Below, in pieces: positions 38,131 through 51,332 of a DNA stretch of 64,000 bases. Made by a program: the position numbers and the translations under genes. Numbering within the stretch: the first letter of the stretch is position 1; each line of letters starts with the position of its first letter. The stretch spans positions 177,499 to 241,498 of the forward strand of contig NMRA01000216.1 of assembly GCA_002633005.1 (NCBI GenBank). The letters run 5' to 3'. Source of the DNA: Phoronis australis (Eukaryota; Animalia; Phoronida). Under the pieces are notes generated by a model. The model was not told where the DNA came from and ran no database searches. It saw only the letters and a program-made list of their open reading frames with translations.

Positions 38131-39242
38131 CTGAGGCAACAAACCTGCGTTCCCGTCAAATTAAGACGCGAACTTTCCATTTAGACCCTTGTCTCGCAGA
38201 CAATGGTAGACAAGACTGAAGTGATCAAATTATTGTAGCAATCTTTTAGTTGTCAGAAAAATTATTGAAGATGCTACAAATCTGCGTTACGACGAAACAT
38301 ATAACTTTTGATTTAGACCACTTACCGTTATGAAATTAGTCTCAAGTTATTACTTACTCAGATGTTACTGGTTCCTAGAGCTCAGATGAAAATGAGCGTT
38401 TTTTGGGGTCTTGCTAAGAACTCAGTCTGGCAATTGTTATTCAGACCAAATGCAATTACAAAACTGCAGGAAACACCGTGATTTGAAATTTTATGAGTTA
38501 AATGTGACCAAATAATGACCAGTCAGTTCTTTCCGAGTCTTGACGGATCACTGAGTAAACAACGGGATAAGGCCATTAATGTAACGGTAATTAAGGCCTA
38601 AATCACAACTTGTTTTTAATAGAAAACACTGGTTCAATGCCCTGTTAACTGTAGGCCTTGTGATCCTGTCAGTGAAGGAGTCAAACTTGATATTTTTCTT
38701 TGAACCTTAGATGTAAACGAAATATGCATATGTATTGTACAATTTTCGCTTTTACAAGTTCACATTCCGCTGACCTTCTAAGCTAACGATGAGTCATCAA
38801 TGGTGCATCTAGTGCGTCTAGAAGTCAGCACTGAACGTACACCAAATTAAGCCCCCTTCATTTGCTCAGACCGATACTACTGTTATCTATACAATCCGTG
38901 AAGTTGTTGCACCGCATAGCTGGAGCTCTACACTCGTTTCAGTTATCCAATAGCGTCAATTGACAACCTTACGCAAAAAGGAAGTAGTAATCGGATTATT
39001 AGTTATAGTCATAGAACTGTAGTTTCATATGGGTGGTAGATAACACTTTCAAGTACAAAATATAAATCAGTAATATAATAATATCTTGATGTAATTGATG
39101 TTAAAATAGTGGTTCTGTTTTGTTTATTGTAAGTGATAAGTAATTGAGTCAATGAACGTGGTTCGGACTTTGCGCAAGCGATAACACTCCACTCCCGGCA
39201 TTTCGCTGGACCGCTAGATTAACTTTTAGATCTACCTAGGCC

Positions 39243-41392
39243 ATGGCTAAATCCGTGAAAGGCAAGTGGAAATTTGAATCCAGTGATGGACTTGACGAGC
39301 ACATGAAAGCTTTGGGTAAGACATTTGTACTAGATTCAAGAGTTAATTGTTTCTTGTACATGCCTGAATTGTCCACAGCACTAACTCCGGGCTAGGACAA
39401 CCCAGGGAAGCGCTCTGTAGGCACAAGGTGATTCGCAAAAAAGATAGTGTGATCGCGTGCTTTAGTTGCAATGTTTGATAATATTTCGCGAAGACTTGCG
39501 TGATCTCAAGTTTTTGCGAGATTCTTGCGATCGCACCCTACGTATGCACTAAAGATAGAGAGAAGTACACTGGTCTCTCTTTCGTGTAGCATTGTTCCAC
39601 TAACGTCAGTCGAGAACTGGAATAGGAATAGTAGGCATCCATTCTCATGACATTAAATCAAAATGGCACCCTTTTGTCAGGGAAAAGGAGCAAAATCCAA
39701 CCTTCGGATTAATACGTCTCGTATGCACTGCCTATCCACGTAGGCTACATGATGTACGCCTCAGCCCTAAAAACGGCATGCCGATTTCCGACTGCTCCCT
39801 TTCCCCTTAAATCAGCCTATATGAGACGACAAAATATGCGCCCGACCCAAGACGATACCTGAGAGGGCAAGATATTCACCCGAGACTATACCTCAGAAGT
39901 CGAGTTATCCATCTCAAGCCGGACTACGAATCTCAGTTATGCGAGATCTCCCCGCCGAGATTTCATGTTCAAACCGATTCAAACCATGAAGTTTTTTTGG
40001 CCTGAGCCACAGGGCGTTTATATTCCTCTCCAGTCGTTGGCACGAAGACAGTGTACTATTTAGCAATGATAATCTTGGTACAGTTGATCTCTAAGTTTAT
40101 GTATCGTTGCTGTGACTGCCTTGCTTTTTCTATTACAGAAGTCAACTTTGCTCTACGCAAGATCGGGGGTTTTCAAAAACCACAAGAAGAGATACGATGT
40201 GAAGACGACACCTGGTTCTTAGATATCTATTCCACTTTTAAGAATATACACCTGAAATTCAAATTAGACGAAGAATTTGACGAATCGACTGTCGATGGAA
40301 GGAAAGTTAAGGTGCATGCACTTTTTCGTTTTACCGAGATCCAGTTTTGACCAAATAATTTTGAAATGACTTCTTTTTTGAAATACATGGTTGCTTTTGT
40401 TAAGTAGGATATGCTTTTACAGATAATCGTTATTCAGTTTTGAAGTAACTTGCCTGATGCACGCATTTCAATGTAAAGCTTTATTTTTTTCTCGCCTTCG
40501 CCTCTGCAGTCGACATTCAGATCAGAAGATGGAAAACTAATCCATTACCAAGTTGGAAAACCTTGTGACGTCACCATCACGAGGGAACTAGTTGACGACG
40601 ATACTTTAAAGATAGTAAGTCCAGTTCACATTTTAATTCTTACGATATGTTCTAGTCTAGAAGTTTTAGGCATTGTCACACCATGACGAGTGCGGTTTCG
40701 TCGAAAAAACGCACCTTTCGTGCAGGAAAGCGTTTGTAAAAATTATAAAACATTCAAACAAAAACTCATTATTGTTGGCAAGGGGTCCGTTCCTAGAAAA
40801 ATGACTTAGCTAAGACAAATCTTGAATTTCAGTTTTAGGATAAAACTTGAATTTGTCTCAAATCCGTTTCAAGAAAGAAATCTTAAATTTGGCTTTAAGT
40901 TTTTGACTTGAGTTTTGTTTTAATTTTGACTAAGTTACTGGATGTGGAAGTTTCAAAGTTTGGAAGTTGAGCCAAATATTAGACTTCAGTCAAATGAACG
41001 TGAGCTAGTTTCTTGGAACGGGCCCTTGGCCTTTGTCGCCAATTACAATAAAGAGTATAAAATTACGCAATTGCTAAACCACGCAACCACAGTCAATCAA
41101 AGTGTACTTATAGGTGTAATATTTGTGTATTGCTTAACAAATTTCTGGTTGTCAGTTCGAAGAAATTTTTCTAATTCACGAGAATTTTAGGAATCTCAGT
41201 GCATCCGAGAAACGACATGTTTTATTAATTTCTATTAGCATTTTAGACACATTTTATGTAATACACAAAATACAAAATTCCTATCAATTGCCTCGGTAAC
41301 GCAGACTATAAAAATTGATGACTGTTTTCCAGACTATGATTCCCACCGGTCGCGAGGGCACGTGCACCAGGATTTTCAAGAGGATTGAATAG
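39243..41392 (+). CDS. FABP: Fatty acid-binding protein (iLBP family), 136 aa, 4 exons
   Basis: Exons 39243-39315 (73 nt), 40139-40311 (173 nt), 40510-40614, 41333-41392 give the classic 4-exon FABP layout. Motifs: KGKWKFESSDGLDEHMKALE, STFKNIHLKFKLDEEFDESTVDGRKVKS, GKLIHYQ, TITREL, CTRIFKRIE*. Confidence 0.93.
40782..41026. mobile_element. MITE in FABP intron 3
   Basis: Imperfect TIRs ggggtccgttcctagaaa / tttcttggaacgggccc, with internal cttgaattt subrepeats. Confidence 0.55.
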
Positions 41393-44300
41393 AGTGGTCT
41401 AATGTGTTCAGATCTCATGGAGTTTTCTGAAACCCCGTCAGGTGGCAGCAAACCCTGCCGTGTGTTATAGTTAACTGTACATTTACTAGATAATCTTATC
41501 AAAAACGTATTTGATGCATCAAATGTAAATATATATCTTATTCAATTTTGAATGCACAAAAATTGTCACACACTGTTTCCTATTCTCATGTTAAGTTAAA
41601 ACTGATTTTATTTGTTCTTGGCCAAAGTATCATTTAAAATCTGACAACGGCAGCGCCGCGACCGAAAATTTCAACAACAAAAAAGCTTATACAAACAGAC
41701 GCAACGTTTCACTCTTACATAAGAGCATCACTAGGCAATAGAGGGGAAAGTGTCAAAGAATTGGAAGCAAGAAGTTAAAACAAACTACAGCACACATCAC
41801 GAATTTTTGTCCGACTGGTCGGAAATTGGTCGACGACCAGCCGTCGATCGGTCGTCTAGCCGACCAACAACGGTCGGCTAGGAGCTGTCTGCTGAGTCGT
41901 CTCTGTGGTCGGCACATGGGTCGGCTAAGTGGTCGTCAAGCGTAGACGACCAATTCGGTTAAAGCGTGTCCTTGCTCGGCAATTACCATTTCATGACTTA
42001 GCGGGTGAACTTTGGCCAAACAAACATTTAACAGTTCGCTGTTCGTTCACCAGTGGCGACTCCGGTCTTGACATCGGTTTATCAACTTTTGTTCAGCTAT
42101 TGAAAGGAGGTAAAATCGAATCAACCTACAAATACGAAGTGCGTGACATTTCGCCAGCCTAAAACCTTATGGCGAATTAATGACGCCGTGGTAAAATCAA
42201 ACGTTTATATCGCGGAAGCATAATTTCTGTCTCTTAGTATGAGACTTTTTATACAGTACATTATGCATAAAAACAAGCAAGAAATTTGAAATTTTACAGT
42301 AAAATTGCACAAAAATCAGAATACAACGCTGGCTGTTTTACGACCTCAAGTGTTTTCATGCCGCGGAATGCTCAACAAGCAGCACGCATTCGCGCTCATC
42401 TGTTATTGCTCTTGATCATCACTTCATCACGTTGTATAATTTGCTTTGCCACAGATAATTATTGTTTATTTTTGTATAATTTCTTAATATGTTGGTACAG
42501 CAGTAGAACAAAAGTTTATTTTAAAAACAACATAAACAAAGGTTTTAACATAGCGCAGTGATTAAGATCATGGGCGCATGAAAACGGAAGCATGGTGATC
42601 GGTTATAATGTCATCCATGATCCATCATCTTTCTGAATTTGTTGTCACTTCCGGAGTAAAAAATTGTTTCGAAGCTAGAGCCTTCCTATTTAGCCAGCTA
42701 GCTGTATGAAGACTATTGTCAAAATATAGCAAGGTGTTACTGTGTATTGAGCTGCGACAGACCTCGAAACTGCAAACAGCTCGAATAAATGCGCTCGTCA
42801 CCTCGTCGTGAAGCTTGTATCAACATGAGCTGAAGACCGGCGGGTGTGCATGCAAAATCTGGAACTCAATTGATATTCACCTTGCCCGTTACGGCCGTTT
42901 AAGCGAAAAATATCCGACGTCATCTTCTTGCGTAATTCTCTGCATTGGTAACAAAGAAATGTATGTCGTCGTTTTGAAAGTAGTACATTTGTGACACGCG
43001 CCACTTCCAGAAATTTTTCGACATCTCCCATTAGATGATGACAACATCGCAGCAAAATCTGTTTTAAAATTCGGTTTACTGATATCAAATTCCAAAAACA
43101 TATAATGAAGTGAAACCAATTCTTATCATTTATTGAGACGTTTAGGCAACCTCGAGGGAGAACGTTTGATTGAAGAATCTGGGAAAAAGAAACTGACTAA
43201 TAGGTGACGCAATATTTCATTGCGCCGAAAGTCGACGCAAAAGATCACACCACAATTTTAGCAGCAGAATAATAGTAGAAAAGCAATATTTTCAACGCCG
43301 GTAAATAACTTAGATTACTCAAGAAATATTTCATTGGGTCAGTTTTTACTCACAACGGCGCAATTAAAACTTGTATATTTAATTTAGTAAACAGCTTTGC
43401 ACCAAGGCCAAGCCCTTTGGAGTAAGAACACAATACTTAGCGTTTCGCGTCTACTCTAAGGGGTAAAAGTTATGTCATTACAAACTTCTCCTGTTGAGAG
43501 TTTCTTTCTCACAAAAGCGGTCTTCGAATGTAGAATCTGGCGTGTGGTATGTAGTGTTTGTCCAATCGTTTTAGTTCACGTTCTTTCCGAAAATTATCTA
43601 AACGAATGTTTGTTTTCAAAGCAGGGGGAGAATTGCGATCAGATATAAATGTGAATGGCTTATTGTTCTCGTACGTGCTATTCACAGTTATAACATATAT
43701 AATTCAACCGATATTACAATACACGTATGCCTAAGAACGTGCTCCGGCCGAGTCAGTGACCCTGTAATCAGTATGCCGTAAACTTTGTTTATCTAAACTT
43801 TGAAGACGTGCTTTGTACTTGGTCTCGGTTTATTAATGAAGGTCCTGACAACACACGACTCTGAAAGTTTTGAAAACGCAACTCTTTACGCAGATACGTT
43901 TTCTGCCCACGCATACATTTGATGTAGCCCCAGCCCAACTCTCATTAAGTAAAGTTAGTGGCAGCCAGCTCACACTAAACCCCGGCGGCGAGCCACATTT
44001 CAGGGCACAAACTACTGACGTGTGTCATTGCGTCAAGTTTAATATTTATTAGAGCTCAAATCATGAAATATATACAAAAGTGCAAATATGGTGATAGCCA
44101 AACGGCGGAGTTTTGAGGCCTGAATTCTGGACACTGGGGTTCAGTGCCAGTGCCTAGGTTTTTGTGAGTCATAAAAATGAAAAGTGGGCAAAAGTTAAGT
44201 ACAACTGTTTCATAGTAAAAAATCTGGTCAAAAGAGATTGAAAGAATATTAAAAGAAGTGTTGTTGTTATCTCTGATCAGTGTTGGAAATGATCCCAGCC

Positions 44301-44902
44301 ACCGCGAGTATGATAGGGCTTATAAATCAACACGATAGTTTCCTCGTACTTCGCAAAGTTTAGTTTATAACTTATTAGTTCATCGATTTTTAAAAATGGA
44401 AAACCATGCTTGGTTGTTTTTTTTCCAACTTAATACAGCCATGGAGTTTAACGAAATTCGGCGCCGGGCGCCGTGCGCCGCCCCTGCCACTCGACTATTT
44501 TGAGTCATTTTCTGCAGACCGCGGACGAGATTCATGAAGTCGCACACTGCAGGCTATATAGAAGCACAAAAAAACTGTTTCCCGGAGCGTGGAAAAGTCT
44601 GCGGACAGGAAAAATGTTTTGTTTCAGTAGCGCCGTAACGCCGCCGTGGGGACGTGACGCGAAAGTTTTTTCAGTTTCCTTGAGCCTAGAACTACGAAAG
44701 TGCACTAGGCCACAGAAATAAAATAAACTATTTATCTCGATATCTCAACTTTTTATCTTGTCATATCTGAGCTGTAAATTTCGAGTACCGGGTAACACAG
44801 AGCATGAGCGCTTAACGGCGGGAGATCTAACCACATGTCGACTGGTTTTCAAAAAGACTCCGCCGTAACTCAGGGGACGCCAGACTACGGCACGGAGTCG
44901 CT

Positions 44903-46850
44903 CTCAAAATACCTTTATAAAACTATTTCTGTGATGTCATCTCCTCGGACGACCACATCCCTTCCCTCGTTCCATTCAGTTTCCAAAAGTCCTTTAACTC
45001 AGTTCGTGGTTGCGTTTTTCTGATTGCGTGAACCGTTTAGCCGGTCTGGACCCACTTTCCCTCCAAGCCTATTGCTTCCGATGACTTGTTTTGGCTCTCC
45101 ATCTATGACATCATTTATCAGTTCTGTGAGAAAACCTTTTCCTCATGAGGAGAAAAGGGTTCTGACCTTTTTCTACTCATTTTATTGATGACAGAGCCAC
45201 CAGGAAAATAGGCGTCTGCACTGACTCTATCTACAACTGTGTGTTGTCATTGAAACCCACGTGATCATAGCTCCATTGAAGCACTTCAATAGTTTCTTTG
45301 TTGGGTTAACCCAGCTCGACACAGTGGGGTGCCTTGGATACTTTAAACTAGGTGTGCGTGCAGTAACGCTAGGACCTAGCTAAAATCTAGCAAAAGTCAG
45401 GTGATCTCATTTAAAATACACGGCAATATCTCACGTAATCTCGCAAAGTCTTGCTTTTTAGCGAGGTCCTAGCGTTACTGAACGCCGGAGGCAGGTTTCA
45501 CTGAACCTGCTCCTGTAAACAAGAGCTACATGGAGCGTTGAAATGCACCCAGGACGGCAATGCAATTGAAGAATTATTTTTAAGTCACGTTTTTGAGAAA
45601 AAAAATCCATTCGGAAGCACAGCAGTGATCCAATTGTTGTCGAGTTTAAAATATGTCTACACACGGCAAATTGTGAACTTTCAAAGGGTTAAGTAGATAT
45701 CAACACAGATGTCAACAAGAGCAACGCAGAGCGTTGAAATTTGCCCACGATAGCACTGCAATTACAGGTGTGCTTCAACGAGTATACTTTAGAATTATAA
45801 GAATATCCATTAAACGCCGCATATTTCGTCAAGTCATCCGAATTGAGAAAGTGGCGCCTATACACCACGCCCACTCTCGCACGCGCGCGCACGCAGACAC
45901 ATATACACTCGATTAAAAATTCAATTCAACGGCCAAGAATCCCCAGTTAAAAAGTGTACAGGCGACATACACTTATCGAAAAGGTCTATGTGAAAAAATT
46001 ACCTTGCGTATTTTCTCATGCCACTATAGGTGTACTAGGCTACGTCGCCCGCCTGATCGACCGACTGGGTCGTGCTGCAGGGCATCAGTCGTTCTCAAAA
46101 ATACCTTTATAAAACTACACCACTTCCCTCGTTACACTCAGATTCCAAAATTCCTTTAACTGTTCATGGTTGCGTTTTTCTGATTGCGGGAGCTGTTTAA
46201 CCAGTCTGGACCCCAAGCCCGTTGCTTCCGTTGACTTGTTTTGGCGTCACTTTTCTAGTCTCCATCGATGACATCATTTTTTCTGTAATCGATTCTGTGA
46301 GGAAACCTTTTCCTCAGAAGGAAAGTGTTCTGAACTTTTTCTACTCATTTTATTGATGACAGAGCCACCAGGAAAATGCGTCTGCACTCATTCTACCTAC
46401 AACTGTGTGCTGTCAGGGAAACCCACGTGATCACAGTTCCATTGAAGCACTTCAATAGTTTCTTTGTTGGGTTAACCCAGCTCGACACAGTGGGGTGCCT
46501 TAGATACCTTAAACCAGGTTTCATTGAACCCGCTCCCTGTAAACAACAGCTAAATGTAGCGTTGAAATGCACCCACGACTGCAATGCAATTCCAGTAGCG
46601 TTTTTAATATCGTAAAATGGACATTAAACGGCACAGAATATATTGAACCTATCCAAAGCAGGGCGTCGTCTTCTCTCTGAGAACAATGTCAGACAAATTA
46701 AATGAAAATCCGCAAAGGAACTCTTAAGATAGAGAAAGGCGTAACTCACCAACGATAGCACTGCAAAAGGTGTGCTTCAATGAGTATGTTTAGAATTACA
46801 AGAATATATCGCATATTACGTGAAGCGCATTCGAATTGAGAAGGTAGCAC
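44903..46850. repeat. Diverged internal direct duplication (~44903-45850 vs ~46093-46850)
   Basis: Shared blocks include atacctttataaaacta, tttttctactcattttattgatgacagagccaccaggaaaat and cacttcaatagtttctttgttgggttaacccagctcgacacagtggggtgcctt. Confidence 0.9.
45353..45492. mobile_element. ~140-bp MITE present in only one copy of the duplication
   Basis: TIRs gcgtgcagtaacgctaggacct / aggtcctagcgttactgaacgc; the corresponding empty site is at ~46515. Confidence 0.75.
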
Positions 46851-47130
46851 CATCTCTTCAAAACATAACTATTTGCAGTATTTCATGAAAATAAGCTAAC
46901 GAATCATGAGACTTACAAAAAATTAACATTAGGTGCCACAGCTATAGTCCGATATGTCATCTCTTTTGCCGTTTCTCATGGGATGTATAATAAAACGGTT
47001 GGCTAATCGAGTGCTCTTCTAAAATGCTGATTATATAATTGTCCAAATGGCGTGCAAAAAAGAGAAACGTCTCTCGTAGGATGTATGACACAACAGATGA
47101 CTGCAAATAGTGATTCCACAGATATCGAGT

Positions 47131-47251
47131 CCTCTGTGGCTCAGTGGATACAGCACAAGACCAGCAATCTGAAGACCGGTGGTTCGATTCGCAGTGGAGA
47201 CGGCACCAGTAACCTGAAGAAGGGTGACGGAGACGGCACAAGACCAGCAAC
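47131..47251 (+). mobile_element. tRNA-derived SINE
   Basis: A box tggctcagtgg, B box ggttcgattcg; internal direct repeat cacaagaccagcaa. Confidence 0.65.
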
Positions 47252-47253
47252 GT

Positions 47254-47341
47254 GAGAGGCAGAGAGGCAGAGAGGCAGAGAGGCAGAGAGGCAGAGAGGC
47301 AGAGAGGCAGAGAGGCAGAGAGGCAGAGAGGCAGAGAGGCA
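47254..47341. repeat. (GAGAGGCA)11 microsatellite
   Basis: Perfect 8-bp repeat, 88 bp. Confidence 0.97.
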
Positions 47342-48030
47342 ATTAAATTCGTTACATTTTTCAATTGTTTGTCCAAGGGCTTGCAGATGGTCCGTTGTTG
47401 AGTAGCTCTTTCTACACCCTGCTTGTTCTCGGGGTTGATTTTCATCTAGTTGTTTCTCCATTCTATTTTGTAATAGCCTTGTGAATAGTTTGTATGTATG
47501 GGCTAATAAGCTTATGGGTCTATAGTTCTTTATATCACTTCGGTCTCCTTTTTTAAATATTATTATTATTTTTGCTTCTTTTCAGCATTCTGATGTTTTG
47601 GGTCCTTAGAATTACCTTGAATGCTTTTGTCAAGTATTTGATTGTTTCTTGTCCTCCTGCCGAAATTATATCGCTTGTAATATTATCATTTCATGGTGGT
47701 TTTCTTTTCTTCATCTTTCTGAGGGAACGTTCCTACTTCCTCCTCAGTGAAAGGTGGTACTTGTTCTGTGTCTAGATTACTGGTTCTTATCTTTTCTGGT
47801 GGATTCATCATTTTCTAATATAAAATTTTGTAGAAATCGGCACATATTTTGAGTATTTTTTCTCTGTTATTTGTTATTTCTCCGTTAGTGTTTCGCATTT
47901 TTGATATCTTCTTTTTATTTCCTTGCCTGTAGATTTCTTTTGGTCCTTTTCCTCTTTCAATTGTGTCCATTATCATCTTTGTTCTTTTTCGTCGGCCTCT
48001 ATTTCTCTTCATTTTTTTCACTGTTTTGTT
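47342..48030 (-). pseudogene. Degenerate non-LTR retrotransposon (RTE-like) ORF2/reverse transcriptase fragment
   Basis: Across frameshifts and stops it reads KILKICADFYKILY ... [72 protein letters not shown], typical of the N-terminal RT region of RTE-clade LINEs. Confidence 0.9.
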
Positions 48031-48654
48031 AAGTTAAACTAAGTTAATTTATTTGACCCTGTGCTAAGACGAATATGCATCGACAGGCAAAGTGGTGTGA
48101 GCCTGACAACCTATTACGCAACTGCTACTCTAGCCTAAAAATAGCAGCCGACCAGCTGGTCGGTTGATGGCCGGTCGGCTGAAGGGTCGCCTGGGGAGTC
48201 GCCTTATGAGTCGGCACTGCGGCCGGCTGCCGGTCGGTTAATTTTAGCCGACCGGTCGACGGTCGGTCGCCGACCAATTTCCGACCGATCGGACAAAAAA
48301 TCGTGATGTGTGCTGTAATACAGTGAACAAGTCATCACCGCAGGTGCAAGAACGCAACTGATGTATTAGTTCGGTTACAAGTCGATACTTTCTCAAGTTC
48401 TCTTTTGGCTTATGATGCTCTTAAGTAAGAGTGAAACGCTGCGCAAGTTTTTTTTTTGAAATATGAAATTTTCTGTTGCTACTGAAGCTGACTGTCAGAC
48501 TTTTAATGAATTAAAACTTAATTAGAATTTACTTTCAAGGCAATTCAAAGCCTCCCGTAGGAGGCCTGTCGTTTTGAGCATATATTTACGGATTCTATCA
48601 AAATTCAAGCACTGATAGCATTTTTATGGAGTCACCCAATTTTGATGTCAGGGC

Positions 48655-48940
48655 CAGTCGCGGACTTAGGGGGGGGGGCAAGGGAGCCATGCCCCCCCCC
48701 CTAAAATTCTTCCAGATACTATTTGGCAGAGAATTGCTGACTAGCATATGCGCGCACCCAGGGGGGCTCGGGGGGCGAATGCACAATGCATAGGCCTAGC
48801 TTGAACAAACCACGTTTACCGTTTTTTTTTGTAATAAGGTACACAAACCCAAAAATTCGAGACCCCTCCATCCCTAAATTCTGGTTATTCCTGAGCCCTG
48901 GCCCTCCCCCCACCAACTCAAAATCCTGGATCCGCCCCTG
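48655..48940. mobile_element. hAT-type MITE (CAGGGGCGGATCCAGG terminus)
   Basis: Left cagtcgcggacttagggggggg, right cctggatccgcccctg; G/C-run subtermini. Confidence 0.55.
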
Positions 48941-51018
48941 TGTGCTAACACTTTTTGTAACTAGCTGATAGTGCACTCAACAAAATATATAGAGTGTTAG
49001 TTCATCTTGGAGTATTGGGATTAGGTACAAAATGTGAAAAAATCAAAACCGTGGCAAGTAATTTTTGAGGGGTTCACCGTTTCATACCTATTCTTGTTAT
49101 GCAAGGGGATTAAGGAGGGTTTCCTTCAAGGTTTAGTGGTTTTGTGTGCATGATGAGACTTTGGCCGGATAGACTTATTGGAAACGTCTCTCTAGAAAAT
49201 TTGATTGGAATATCAGTCAGTGTGGTAAAATTGATCAACAGAGCTGCAGTCGTATATTTTTAATGTGTGAAATAGGAATATTGGATTGGTTTCACGTAAG
49301 TGCTTTGTCATGACAAGAGAACTTCAATTCTGTTCAACATTTCCATGCCAAGAATTGTACGATGACGCTTCATTAGCATACCTCAAAATCCAACTGCTGT
49401 CTGCTGGTTTGGTAATTGGCACAATTATATTGCACATCCATCAGCATTAAAGACAAGTTGATATCATAGCACCATTGTCCTATTTTCAAAATTCAATTAC
49501 CTAAGGCATATTTCACCACAAATATGTCATTTAAAATCTTTCAAAACGAAAAGTTAAAAATACCATAGAGAACAATAAACATCAGTAGCCTGAGGCGATG
49601 CATTTAACTGCAACAGAGGGCGGGCAGATTTTCGCGAGGTAGACAAACTGCCGGTCGCGGAATGACTAGTTGCCCAACACTCCCGAACCGTCGGCTGCCG
49701 AGGTATCAACATAGATTCGTTTCATGTTGAGGGAGATCAGCGGGTGGGTATTAGTCAAAACCAACATTCACAAATTACATGGTATTAAAATAAAAAATTA
49801 GGCCAAATTTCAGTGAAACTATAATATATAATGATATCATTTTGTTTACCAAGCCTGGAGGTCCGAGTTTAGGCCTATTTTGTCAGCTCAGATTTGCATG
49901 GTATCAAGATGAGACCAATATACGGTCGGCGTCGCTCGGCCCGTGTTTTATAGACGGGACCCGGTGGCGGATCTACGGGGGGGTTCAGGGGGTTTAAACC
50001 CCTCCCTCGGGCCAGGACCCAAAAATTAAAAAAAAAACAAAAGCGTCTCCAGCAAAACAAAAACGGCACCGCCAGCGTGTAAACCCCAAGTAAACCAACT
50101 TGGAAAAAATGAGGGGGGGGGCTCACTCTGAAAATATAGTTTTTTTTTGCATTGTGAATTGCAGAGTCTTTGTGGCTCATCGGCAAAACGCGCGGGGATT
50201 TATTGTGCGCGCGCTTCCGTCGACACTTCTGAAGTAGCCAAGCATTTTAGATGGATTCACCGCTGAAAGAGCAGTTCTATAGCTGATTTCTTTAGGTAAC
50301 TAGCTTCTTTACTCTAAGATATATTTTGATTTGATTAGGGGAAATACTGCGGTGCCGCAACCCTGATATTCAGGCGAATTGACGTGCAACGTTTTTACCT
50401 CATCTGTCATGCCGTGTCATTCTATTACACTCCACACGTTTGTAACTGATGTATAGTAAAGTTGTCTTGCGCAATATCATACAGTGTACATGTACATGTA
50501 ATATTGTGTACATGTACATGTAATATTTTTGAAAAAAATTCTTTTTCCGAAGAATTGCTATTGTGGCGGGCGCCGTGGTCTGGTCGCGAGTCCGTTTGAA
50601 GACACACTCTATAACAAGTTATGTCTATACAAGGAATGACCAAGGGGGCACTCACATTGAGAAAGTGACCGCATTCGCGAAAAGTGTACAGTACCAGAAA
50701 TTGCGGGGAGGCTGTTCTTTCACAACAAAGTCTTGCGGGACTCGTGCGATGTTCAATAGGCCTCCTAAGGAGCCCTAGTTCCGACCTCAACACCTACCGT
50801 CTGTCTACCTGCAATAAGCACACTGCCGTCTTCTATACTGGGAATTTCCGCAGAAAGGCTCACCCGATGAAACGCTCATGCCCATGGGCATTTATTTGAT
50901 ATTAGTACTTCGGGTTTCAAGCGTTCAGACATTGGGACGTTTATTTCGAAAATTGCAAGAGATGCAAATAGGTCCTGGGATGCTTCGTCAAGGTTTGAAG
51001 TAGTCCATGATGAACGGA

Positions 51019-51275
51019 TCAAATTTAGTTGCGCATGTAAGTCTTTTGAATGGACTTGGCAACCTCAAGGGTCTTAGTGTCAACTGAGCTGCGAAACGAG
51101 ATGCTGACATTGTAGAGGCTTACAAGCTCATTGACACAGCAGTTGACGAAGTGCAAGCGTTGGGAACAAACATCGAAGATATCTGGGTAGAATGGTTCCA
51201 AGACGAGCAAATCATTGGATCCGATATACAAATTCCTCGGCAGTCTAGACAACAGAAGGATAGGACTAACGTATG
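51019..51275 (+). pseudogene. hAT transposase relic (THAP12/PRKRIR-like)
   Basis: Reads SNLVAHVSLLNGLGNLKGLSVN*AAKRDADIVEAYKLIDTAVDEVQAL...EWFQDEQIIGSDIQIPRQSRQQKDRTNV*, matching from memory the LS..LQ....DI..AY...PR...RQ..R.N segment of this hAT clade. Confidence 0.6.
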
Positions 51276-51332
51276 AGTAACCACTGGGGATTAAAATTTT
51301 AGAGAGAAGTTTTCAATTCAAAATTTTTTGCA

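Larger units (their letters stand above)
41788..48315. mobile_element. 6.5-kb non-autonomous TIR DNA transposon with TA flanks and GGTCGG-rich subterminal repeats
   Basis: TIR cagcacacatcacgaWtttttgtccga...gtcggaaattggtcg at both ends in inverted orientation; TA at 41786-87 and 48316-17. No intact transposase seen. Confidence 0.85.
41631..48508. mobile_element. Outer inverted-repeat element split by the 41788-48315 insertion
   Basis: Left gcaacgtttcactcttacataagagcatca is the near-exact reverse complement of right tgatgctcttaagtaagagtgaaacgctgc; the ends catttaaaatctgaca / tgtcagacttttaatg also pair. Confidence 0.7.

Noticed and set aside
46957-47445. ORFs with LPLCLSAS repeats
   Set aside because: These are microsatellite translations; only the RT part in one frame is real, and it is degenerate.
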